From Mytilus trossulus (Eukaryota), in assembly GCF_036588685.1 (NCBI RefSeq), contig NC_086376.1, positions 5,332,001 to 5,396,000 of the forward strand: DNA of 64,000 nt, read 5' to 3'. The notes under the pieces were generated by a model. The model searched no databases, had not been told where the DNA came from, and saw only the letters and a program-made list of their open reading frames with translations. A program made the position numbers and the translations under genes. Below, one piece after another: positions 49,461 through 61,400 of the stretch; position 1 is the first letter of the stretch; every line of letters starts with the position of its first letter.

Positions 49461-52400
49461 CTGTAATAAGAATGATTATTAATAATCAATTAATTCATCT
49501 TCTTCAATATAGCATGCAGTGTGTGTTCTTTTGATAATAAATACATTATAAAATGTCATGAATATAGAATCGTGAAAATGTATAAGTAGAATCATATTCA
49601 AAACAGTGTGGTCCTAAACATTGATTGACGACCTAAATTATCCCTTTGATTGGGACAGATTAGGTGAACGTTTGTCGGTAACGACTATTGCTCACTTCTT
49701 ACTTTTTATAGAATTTAAACTGTGGGGTCACCAAAGGTTCTTAACGCCTTTAATAATAACATAATTCGAAGAATTATTCAGGAATAACCTTTATGTTTTG
49801 ATTTATATTATTGATATAAATCAACACATCGTATTATTCCGGATTAGTTTTTCGAATTGCTTTATTTAGGTGTTGAGAACCTTTGGTGACCCCACAGATT
49901 CAGTGTCTTTAACAAGTACATAGTGAGCAGTGATTGTTACCGACAAACGTTCACCTAATCTGTCCTAGTCAATGGGATAATTTAGGTCGTCAATCAATGG
50001 CCAGGACCACACTGTTTTGAATATGATTCTATTATACATTTAAAACAAAGTACCTAATCCTTTTATCAAACAAGAATGTGTCCCAAGTACATCCGCACTA
50101 TCATTTTCTATGTTCTGTTGACCGTGAATATGCGATAAAAACTCTAATTTGGCAATAAAATAAGAAAGATCATATCATAGGGTGTACTAAGTTTCAAGTT
50201 GATTGGACTTCAAGTTCATCAAAAACTACCTCGACCAGTAACTTTAACCTGAAGAGGGACAGATGAAAGAACGAACGGACGCAAAGACCAGAACATATAA
50301 TGCCCACCAATGGGGCATAAAAATAATTGAGTGAATTTAAATATTCTCTTTAAACACAGTTGAAATAAAAAAAATTTATATTGTGCAATATTCGAAAATT
50401 CGAAGCGAAGATTCACACCAATAGCTCTTCATGACAAACATTCATAAATTTATTAAGTTTTCTCGTATGAATTGTTTTACATTTGTCATTGCGGGGCCCT
50501 TTGTAGCTGACTAAGCGATACGGGCTTTGCTCATATTTGAAGGCCATACACGATGACTATAATGCTAATTTCTGTGCCATTTGGTCTCTTGTGGAGATTT
50601 GTCCCATTGGAAATCATACCATATCTTTTTTTTTATATACAGAATAAAATTGTGATAATTTCATATTAAACAAAATTAAATGAAGATTATATAACGTTAA
50701 TCACTACGAACATACGCCACTAAAACATGTATTATTTCCAAACACAGAAAGTCATGAAAATGATCGAACATTAATGAAGCGGTTTGCTCCAAACAGTATA
50801 TGTCATACGCATGGAACCAATTATCTGTATATCAAATTACAAAACTTACTTGGTAACAGAGGAAGCAGACCCAGTTATATGCAAATTCCTGCTGTTCATC
50901 TAACATCATCTTAGAGGCTACACTGATGTCACCTTTAGCTTGTTTAAACCAAATCCTTGCTTCTTGTGGAGACGGAACCGTCTGTACTACGTGATGGTGG
51001 ACTGGTTTTTGCGCAGAATTATATGAGCGTGATGCACTATTTTGTGCAAACATAGTAGATGATCCTGAACTAGAAGAACTAGTGAAGCTTGGCCTACAGC
51101 TAGGTTGCGTCACATATATTCGATGGGTGTTTTCTCTTTTTATCTGATGATCCCAGAAAATGAATTCCTCCTTACACGCACCAGAATGTGTCCCCCTTTC
51201 ATTTACTATTGACTTTATGTAGATGAATATATCATTAGCCTGCTGGTCATTCTCTGTTTCTATCTGGGTGGTACTGCATGTACAATCTTTTGACAAGTTT
51301 TTTTCTTTCTTGCTCTGGCCTTAGCCAAGCTCGATCAATAAAGTCCTTTGTTTCTTTGTAAATAAGTTCATTGTCTTTTGACTGAACTTTTCTCTTAGGC
51401 ACTGTATCAGCCGGAACAAGTTCGGACGATTTGGGCTTCCTCGTAAATTTGTATAATCGGTAACCAGGAAGGATTTCATATCTTCCGACATCAACCTCCA
51501 CTCTATATGTTAGCTGGCTGATTGAAAATAATGAGTCATCAGTTTTATTTTGGACAATTTTATCTATTTTTGCATACACATATATTGAATCATCGCCATC
51601 AGCAGAGGCATCACAAACCAAAACAGCAACATAATCACCGACATCAAATTCGTAAAACCCGTTATCTAAGTTACAATGCATTTCATTTGGAACGCATATT
51701 CCTGGGTCAGGGAAAACTGAGTCTTTATATGGCATATCAAAGGATAAAATGCTTAAATTATCCAACATTTTTGATATTTTATCAACATTCTCATATTTTA
51801 AAAGTATTTTAAGAAGGTGTCCTTCATTCCAAGAATATCTATGATTCGTGCACTCATGAAGAGCTATATTAATGATATGACTGTTGTCTGTTAGCCATGA
51901 TTCTAATGTTTCCTCGTCTGGTATTGCACAAAATAGTAGACATTTTTGTAGATCAAAGTAACAAGAGTTTTTACAACTTCCGACTATTTCTTGCTCATAA
52001 TACAAGTCAAAATTAATTGTTTTTACAAGACATACACGTATCTTCTTTATATTCGTTAGAAGTTCGCTCACATCAGCAACTGTGATTTTTTTATCTAAAG
52101 TGTCCTTTGATCGAGAATGAACGATGATTCGTACACATCCCTGACTAAATTCTTGCGTCTTGAACAGTTTTGATAATTTCATTCCCTTTTCATTGTCTTG
52201 GTAATCCAGATTTTCATTCATTTTTTGTTTAATTATCTGCGACAGGATCTTAGGTCTTATATTTTCTGGCAATTGATTAAGACACCAAACAGGATCATCC
52301 ACATATACTTCTAGTGCCTTTAAACCAATAAACAGGTTCTTTGAGAAATTGTCGTTTTTTATATACGCTTCAAGATCTTTGTTATCTGAGAATACGATAT

Positions 52401-55400
52401 TGTTAGCATTAACCAGCTGGTTATTTCTTTTTGGTAAGTAAAACTTATCTACATTTTGAAGATCATCTCTGATATTGCCATTTGTTTTAACTACCTCTTT
52501 GAAAAGTCCAATAAGTGCTGTCTGAACTACCAGAAGGTCATTTTTATTTAATACGTTAGTACCCACTTCATTGTATAAATATTCTGACATTTTTACATAA
52601 TGGTAAGAACTTTTTTTGGGTTTCATGCCAAGTTTTTCGAATACATCAAAGTAATTGCCAAACCGCAATGGAGCAGGAAGCAAGTATTGTTTGAATTCGT
52701 CGCCATCTAAATTCCGAACAATTCGTTCACAGGTAACAAACCGTCTTTGATTAGGTAAATATACAACTGGTTTGTATCTCAAACATCGAACAATTTCTTG
52801 GTCTCGGCTAACATTTTCTTTCATCCATCTGTAAAATACATCAATTACGTCTTCTATGGAATTCAAGTCTTTAGTTGGTATGTCTTCCCCATTCCCCTTT
52901 GTATGTAAATCATCGACAACATTTTGTATATGCTGGATCACTTTTTTATTTTCTGGTCTTAAAAGGCCAAGAGTCACTCGTAAATCATTTCTATATTTCC
53001 AAAAGGTAGAAAATGTTTTTGGCAGAATAGTACATGTACTCCAACAAAGATCAGTATGATCGTACATAACAGATCCGGACAAACATATCAATTTATTGGG
53101 CTTGTATGACTTAAAAATATTTTGCAGTGGTGCAGGAATTTCATGTGGTACAATAAACATGGTGTTTGATATCTGTCCAAGAAGACTATCAGTAATGTCT
53201 GATCTGGATAAAATATGGTCGACAACAATATTCGATTTTTGAATAATATCTTGAGTAACTTTAAATTTTCCTGTCTCTGCAATTGTTTTCGTAAATTCAA
53301 TTACCATGTGCGCTGAAATTTCTTTTTCGATTCCCGTCCATTCTAGAAGTTTTTGCCATTCCTTCTTCCAAAATTCTTTGCAGGGAAATCTCAAAGCATC
53401 ACACATTTCTCTCATTACATGATTAAATGGGCTACAGAAATAAGATGACAGCTGTAAATTGTCTTGAATATCTGGGACAAACGCAACATCTGCTAGCGTT
53501 TGTATTAACTGTCTTTGTTCTGGGTGCATTTTTCTAGAGAATGGCATTGCTAAAAGATTATCTCGAAGATACTCTAAATGTTCTATATGAAATTTTCGTG
53601 GTAGGTTATCAAAAGACCTTAACACAAAACGTGTGTAGGTATCACATATTTCTCTTGGTGAACATTGGAGTGAAATGTGCATCCCTTCTAAATTTCTATT
53701 TTTTCTCAAAAGAATGGTTCTTGACAGATGTGCCCAAAGCGCTATGCCACCCGTCGGCATTCCATCGGGTAAAACAAGTATTCTTATTCCATCGACAAGC
53801 GATACAAGATGTCCTGTAACTGTAACATGTAGCGGAAGTGACCTTATCCAAAGGATCACTTCATCGTCTACTGGCGTCCGCTCAAAGAGACAATCTGAAA
53901 TATACTCAAGAACAGCATCCGCATCACCTGGCGAAACATAAGACAGTCTATTTTGGATGGTATCTTTGTGTAAATATAAGCATTGTGAAACTGCTTTTGC
54001 TTTCCGAAAATTTGGTACTCTGGTATATAAAAACTTGTTTACGATGTCTAATGTAGGAAGGCGAAGAATTTCCTCGACCACGTCTGCAAGATTCTTTCTA
54101 ATCGCATCTGTATCATGTATATTCAACACATGTTGAAATAAACCTGTTGGGTAAAGGAAGTGTTCATATCTTGTTTCAATAGCAAGTGAACCTTTTCTGT
54201 TACCTCTGTTCTTTTCACTCATATACCTGCTCTCCACTGATTGTTTAATCTTACAGGGCAATAGACACCACGGCATGAGTTTGTCTAAACTACTTGTTTT
54301 ACATTTCAGTTGCATTATTTCTTCGTCAATGAAATTCCAAAATCTTTCTATCCAATGCCGGTTAGGGAACGTTTTTGAGTTAGGATTCCATTCTACAATA
54401 CGATTTAAAGTTCTGTAATTTTCGATGGACAACGTGTATGGCATCAAATCAGTTAAATCATCTAGACTGAAATGTTTGATGCCTCTAATAATACTTGGGA
54501 AACTATTGATTAAAATCTCATGAAGAAACATTGATGCTGATTCCGGAAATAAGTCGTAATAGTGCGTGCAGTAAATAGCATGCTCTTCATCAAATCTTTG
54601 AATAATATCGTCTTGCCTCAAACATAGTGGCAACCCCAAGATTTCATCATTAAATTCCTTGCATTTCAAACAGTATTTAAGGCAAATTTTCAAATTGTCA
54701 GTGGTATTGTAATTTGTATTATCAACTCGGCATTCTCTCTTTCCTCCTAAAACATCAACAGTTTTCAGAAACATAATCAAAAATGAAGGTGTAATTTCTT
54801 TTACATTCAAACCCGCTGTCAGCATACTTGTATACACAAATGATGGAGTATCAACAAGTCGAACACCAAGACATTTGCAAGTATTACTGAGTTTTTTCAT
54901 TTCAGTATTCCTATCCACTTTACTAATCAATTTACTTATGTATTTTGGAAAAACAGATTCGAATTCTGGTAGCAAACAATTCCATACTGCCTGGTAAGCA
55001 TCGTTGTATCCCCTTGGGGGTACAAATTCTATCAAAGTTGACGTTGTTCTTACTGGTTTCCACATTGCAAATAAGTTCACGTTTTCTTCAAATATTTGTT
55101 GATACACACATTTGACCAGGTATTTCACATAGTCGCATTTAGCGGTAGCAATATTAGGGAAAACGCTGTGGAAAATTGTCAGCTTGTTAGCGATTTCGTC
55201 TTGTGTCTGTGTTGGATCAGACAAATTTAATAGTGTGATCAGTTTTGATAAACCAGATACATAGCAATGAGCAACAATTTGATTTAATATCAGCAAATTC
55301 CAGTTAAGTTTGTAACAGTCATTAGGCTCATTCCACAGATTACGACGAGTCTCGTGATCCAGCACAAAGTGTCCATTAAAATGAACAGGAAGTCCCGTTT

Positions 55401-58400
55401 TATTAGGAAGAGGCAGAAAACAAAACGTTTTACCCTCTAATTTCACTAATTGTTCTTTATTATCAATTTGAAATGCCACTCCACCTCGCGGTAGCAGATT
55501 GAGGTCTTCATTTTTTATAGCTCTTACAATATCTGTGATTTTGAGATTTTCTCGCAATCCTAACTGTCTGACAATCAAAAATGTTTTGGTAGTTTTATTG
55601 CTGTCTTTAACTGTCATGCTGTACTGAATTTCAGATTTTGGTATTTCTTGGACTGAACGAGAGTTCCTCAGGATTTTGGCACTTTCACTTACTCTCAAAT
55701 TAAATTGTTGATGATCTGATTTGTGTGAATTTATACCTTCAACCCAGTAAATTTCTTTTAATGAACCTTTTTCAATTTCAGAAACCTTTATTCGTTCGAC
55801 GTGATTTAAAAACAAAAGTATTTCATTAAGCTCATTCATAAAGCTACGTAAAAGGGATCTGACCAACATTTCATCGGTTTCTTTTCTTGTTATCTTTGAT
55901 CTCTTTGCAAATAATGATGTCCGTAAAGGAAGTCTGAATATTGTACCCTTTTCTTTTAGTAGAAGATTAGAGTGGTAACAATCAAACACATCAGAGTAGT
56001 CATCCCAAAGTTCTCCAAGATCAAAATATTCGATACCCGGAGCTGATTGCGTTGCCTCTGGTACATACTGACAGTTTGGGTCTAGAACACACAAAACCTG
56101 TCCAGATTTTACATCAGGACCCTTAGTTAGGAAAGATGGAACATCTGTAAGATGATACACAACGTTAAAACCGACACCGTACTGTCCTGTTTTTGTAGGG
56201 TCGTTTCGCTTACTACCTTTGCCTAAATTTTGTATCCCTTCCAAATCTTCCTCTGAGAAAGAACTATCATTATAGATAAGCAAAGAAGGTCCTTGCAATG
56301 GTTTCCAAGAGTCATCGAATACTTTGTCAGATGGGTGATGGTGAAAATCAACAACAATATGTACTTCGGAAGCTTTGGCATCATCCGCATTTTGTATTAA
56401 TTCTTTCAGAAACCCAGAGTCAAAAGGATATCCATCCAATATACCTTTTATTCTAGTAGTCAACTCTTCTCTCTGACCAAATGACAATGACCGTGAACAA
56501 ATCTTTATTTTTTTCTTTCTCATTGATATAATTCCTATTGATGATGCCAAGGCAGCGGATATAGTGTTGTGTGAAAACCTCATCGATTTTCTTGTTTTGA
56601 CACCTGTTTCCTCGACACATAACAATTTTGTTGAAGTTAAAACTCCGTTTTCATCTGGGGCAAATATTCCTGAAAATGCCGTGTTGTCCTTTTTTTCGCG
56701 CTGCATAGCTTCCTCTAGTTGGTTCAATATACACACATACTGTCCAAGGTCTGCATTTGGAAGTGGTGTAGTTTTGTACTTATTCCGAAAATGCGCAAGT
56801 ATTTTCATAACTGTCTCCGTGTCCGCATGTTTCTTTATTCCTAGTGAGTGTAGTAAATCATTTAATTTCCTCAGATTCGGTGCATGTTGAAGGCTGTATA
56901 AATGAGGGCGACAGTCTGCTGATAATTCAACAAAAACCTGTGAAGGGTATTGAAAAGAATCTTCAACATAGATGCAAGGAGATATTCGAAGTTCTTTAAA
57001 TAATTGCAACTGTTTTGAGTGATGTGTCATTCCACGCTTTAGTAAGTCATTGAGATATGCGTAAATATCTGTGGTAATGGTATTCAATTGATCAGCAATA
57101 CTCTCAGCAATGGTAATGTCCTGGCTTTCTTTAATTATGAGGTGCAGATTATCCATAACAGACTTCAGTTCCAATTGTTTTCGGGATTTGACACCGAGAT
57201 TATCCATCAACCTAGGATTCAGGTCGCTAATAGTTTTCATCAAGACTTTGCGTATGGTACCAACTAGACAAAAACAATCTTCAAAACAAAGATTTTCAGG
57301 AAGTTGGAAGCATATTTCTAAATCCTCATGGTTGCAATCACGGTTTATTGATGTGTGTTCCACTTCTAGGTGACGACTGCTATCACCATCCCAGGAAAAA
57401 ACCCATTGTTCAGGTCGTCCCATAACAGGTAAAAATCTCACTGATCTTAATTGAGATAAAAGCAAGTTACTACATCTTTGTCTTGTCAGATACTGTATCA
57501 GGTAAGAACATCTATCAACAGCACATACTGTACAAATGCACGACTTAATTGTGACGGAATTAGCTCTATCTATCACCATTTCTGGAGACAGTGTATCTTT
57601 GATTATTTGGAGGTCTTCTAATTGATTCAAAAGGTTATTCAATTGAGATGTTTTCAGAATAAAACATTCCTCGTCAGAGTCAAAAAGATTGCTCACGTTT
57701 CCTCTCCTGTCAACTATTTCGCCTGGGCATTTTAGTTTCCCGTTTGGTTCCGTTGGAATACATGGATATTCTTGCAATAAGGTTATTAAATTCTGGTCAT
57801 TCCTTTGTAAAGCAAATATGATAACTTCGTCCCTTTGATCATTCCAGATATTATCTGCATAATTAGGCAGTATAACTGTTTTGTAGAATTGAAAGACATC
57901 AACTATTTTACTTTTGATATACTCAGAGCAACCAGCCTCTTCAAAGCAGCTTAAAATATTCCTTGGTAGCTCAATCAGAATTTGATCATACCATTTAAAC
58001 TTATAACTTGCATCAATAGCTGTCTTTCCGAAGTCTGATTCGGTGATATCCGGATGCAAGAATATACAACTCTCAAGAGAAACACGTGTATGCTCTGTTC
58101 TGAATACTTTAGAATTCTTTTCGCATATACTCCTGTATACAGCAATTTGAAGCATTTCAATCAAGCTATTTTTTGAATTCCTTGCTATTGTATGTTGTGG
58201 CCAACGTTCAAAGTATTTCTCGTTTGTGGTAATACTTGTATTTTGAAGATCTTCGAGGAATTTTACATAGGCATTGCAGACAGCATCTTTCATCAATTCT
58301 TTATTCCAGCTATTTTCAAATGAAGATGATTTGTCGTCAGTTGAGTCAGAACAAAGACGCTGGCGGTCTCCAGTAACAGCAAAGAACCCGTTTATATGCA

Positions 58401-61400
58401 CTGGTAAGTTTGTCTCTATTGGTAACGGAAGAAAACAGAAAACATGACTAGTTTTGTAAAATCCAACCGGAAGTGCATTCAAATTTATTGTATGTATTTC
58501 ACCGTTCAACTCTTTAACTGGACATGCTATACTTGCAATCGCTAACACTCCTTTCAAACTATTATCCATTGTCATATCCCAACTGGTAGTTGTTCCTCTT
58601 TCCCAGGTTATCATCCATTTAGTATTATAACTATATCCCTTGAATCCAATGTCGTCTTCAGCACGGGAGAAAACGGATATATCAAATATTGCACTTAATA
58701 ATGAGGGAACAGATAGTTTTTGCTTCAACTGTTTTTGAAGTTTTAATTTTGAAAAGGCTTTCAATACAGTTGTGATACTGTTTTCATCAATGATTTCTAA
58801 AGGTTTATCTATTGATTGTTTTAAATTTCGATCAAATCTTAGCACTAGTTTAGATTCTTTAGGACTTCTTCCGTCATCTTGAAGATAATATAGTTCAACA
58901 GACATCACATTTTGTGTGAAGAGGAGAAGATTACCTCCGGATTCGACAAACATATTCAAAAGTCGCATCATCTCGTGTCTATCATAAACCATGTGACTGA
59001 TTTCACTTTGGTCACCCTGCGATTTAGTTCTCAACGGAAACCGAAATAAAGTTCCATCGTATGTCAGTTCTCTGCCGTGTTTAATTGTGAGATTGCAGTC
59101 AAAAACTCCTTCAAATGGTAAAAACTGGGTACGAATGGTTTGTAACATATGTCTGTTATTTGACATGTTGATTTTTATTCCAGGCTGTTTTTTCTTCATT
59201 AGAGCTAGTCCTAGATGTTTTGTATGAGGATCGAATATAACAATATTGTTTCCACTTATAAAACTTGGTACATCAGTTAGATTGTAAACTGAACAAAACC
59301 CTAAACCAAATCTCCCGATTTTAGCAGTATCTAGTTCTTTTGTTGCACCATTCAATTTTGTAATGTTTTCGAGGTCATCATTGGAAAATTGTGCATCGTT
59401 AAAAGACCATAATGCTGGACCCTGGCATTCTGCCATTCCTTTATCTATCAGCCGTTTGCGAGCGTTTTTGTTTTGACGTTCGTCATATAAGAAACAAACC
59501 TTGGTTGCACCAGCATCATCTGCGTTTTGTATAAGTTCCTTAAATACTGAAAACCCATCTTTGTATTCTTTTAACAGAGTTTTGAGTCTTGTTGTTAGTT
59601 GTTCGTGTTGTCCCCATTCTTCTAACCCTTCTGTATTCTGTAAGAGTCTGTCAGTAAGTGACGGCACGCCAAGTTTAGCTGCTGTGTCCATTGGTATATC
59701 ATGATGTACATAATAAATATCGTCTCCGTCGTCATCAGCAGAATCTTTTAACCAATCTTCGTTGCAGTAATTGCATTTCGATGCAGGCTGCAAAACCAGT
59801 TTATTTGCTTTTTCTGTGTGTACTGGAAATAAGATAACATCTTGGTCTATTTCGTCTCCTTCTTTCAATACATTTAGGATCTTAACGACTAGTTGTAAGT
59901 CCTCTTTGGTATCTTTTTCGTTTACTTCATTAGTATCGTGTTTTTTCTTTATCAATCTAAGTACTTCGACACATAAATCTGATGGATTATCAGACTGGCA
60001 GAATTTTGTTTTTGTAAAAAATGTTTTGAATTTCTGATGTTGAAATTCTCCTGGTAAGGTATACAAGTATGGTTCAAAATTGATGACTGAATGCTCATTT
60101 TTTGAAAAATAAATCTCCTTTGATCGGACAAACTTTGAACCTACCCATATCCATTCTTTATCTTTGAATTCATCAAGCGCCTCTTTTGGATAACTGCCGT
60201 AATTATCTACTAGGAAGTGAAAAATGTCGCTTATTAATGGCAACAATTGCGGTTTGTTTATATCTTCATAGCTATCAACTATTGTCAGTAATTGTACAAT
60301 GACATTTTTCACATCTGGTGTTTTGTTCCATAAACATTTTATAGATAAACTCACACATGCAGAACTGCTAACCAACGGTAATACACATCCCACTAGTTTC
60401 TGATATTTTTCATCCAACAAATCATTTGGTTTACAAAATACAAACTGTGGATCAAACCACTTTAATTCGGATGGGAATAAGCACGGTTTTTTAACTGGCT
60501 CAACAAAATGATAGTCACAGATGCCATCAGTCAAAAGCTCTGGACGAGATGACAAAAGCTCCATTATTTTCGATGACCTTGCAAAGTCGGTGTCATTACA
60601 TCTACCATTTGTGCATTTATAATGTATTTCTTTGGTGCATCTGCTAATATGGTTCTCTGTTAAGTCATTGGCGGATTTGAGTCCTAATTTTCTTAAATAT
60701 TTCAAATCAATATTTGTCTTCCTCAGATCTGGAAAGTCTGCTTCGACGAGTATAAGTTTTAAACCTTCGTCTTCTGGATCAAAATATTCACTTGCACATT
60801 TTCGCCTCCCCTCATGGTCATATACAAACCGAATATGTTTACACACTTTCAAAATTGATACATGTTGTTTATTTGGAAACCGTTTCAATTGCGTAAGGGC
60901 ATAATGGAGAACATTCCTTTGATCAATTTCTGAATAACAACCGATGTCGTTTTCTAAATACTTTAAAATACTCATCACTGCACTGCTGAAATCAATTTCG
61001 TCCATCTCTAATGCAACAGCTAGATTATAATGTGAATTGTTACTTGCATCGATATTTTCAACAAAGTATTGTACTGGTAGATCTTCTGTGTGAACTATTA
61101 GCGCCAGGTCGTTTCTTGAAACAAAACGGCATGTGTGTCGCTCCGTAAATAGTTCCAGTGACGAAAGTATTTCCGGCACTCTGCAAGGTATCGATTCAAT
61201 AACAGACATAAATGATACAAAATCATCTCTATCAGCTGTTGTGCATTCCTGATTAAACGTGTTAATAAGTTCATCCCGACAACTGCTCAAACTAACGGTC
61301 TCTAAAAGACGGCATACATTATCGACTGTCGGTTTGAAGACGTATTGGTCGATAGCTGGATGTTCTGAGATTTCTCCCCACAGCGCTGGAAGTATAACAA

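Noticed and set aside
49173-50970. Catalytically active HEPN RNase
   Set aside because: No clear Rx4-6H motif visible; activity cannot be claimed
51240-51275. Programmed frameshift or micro-intron rescuing the sacsin frame
   Set aside because: No recognised shifty motif for the required shift; the nearest GT-AG pairs are far too short for an intron
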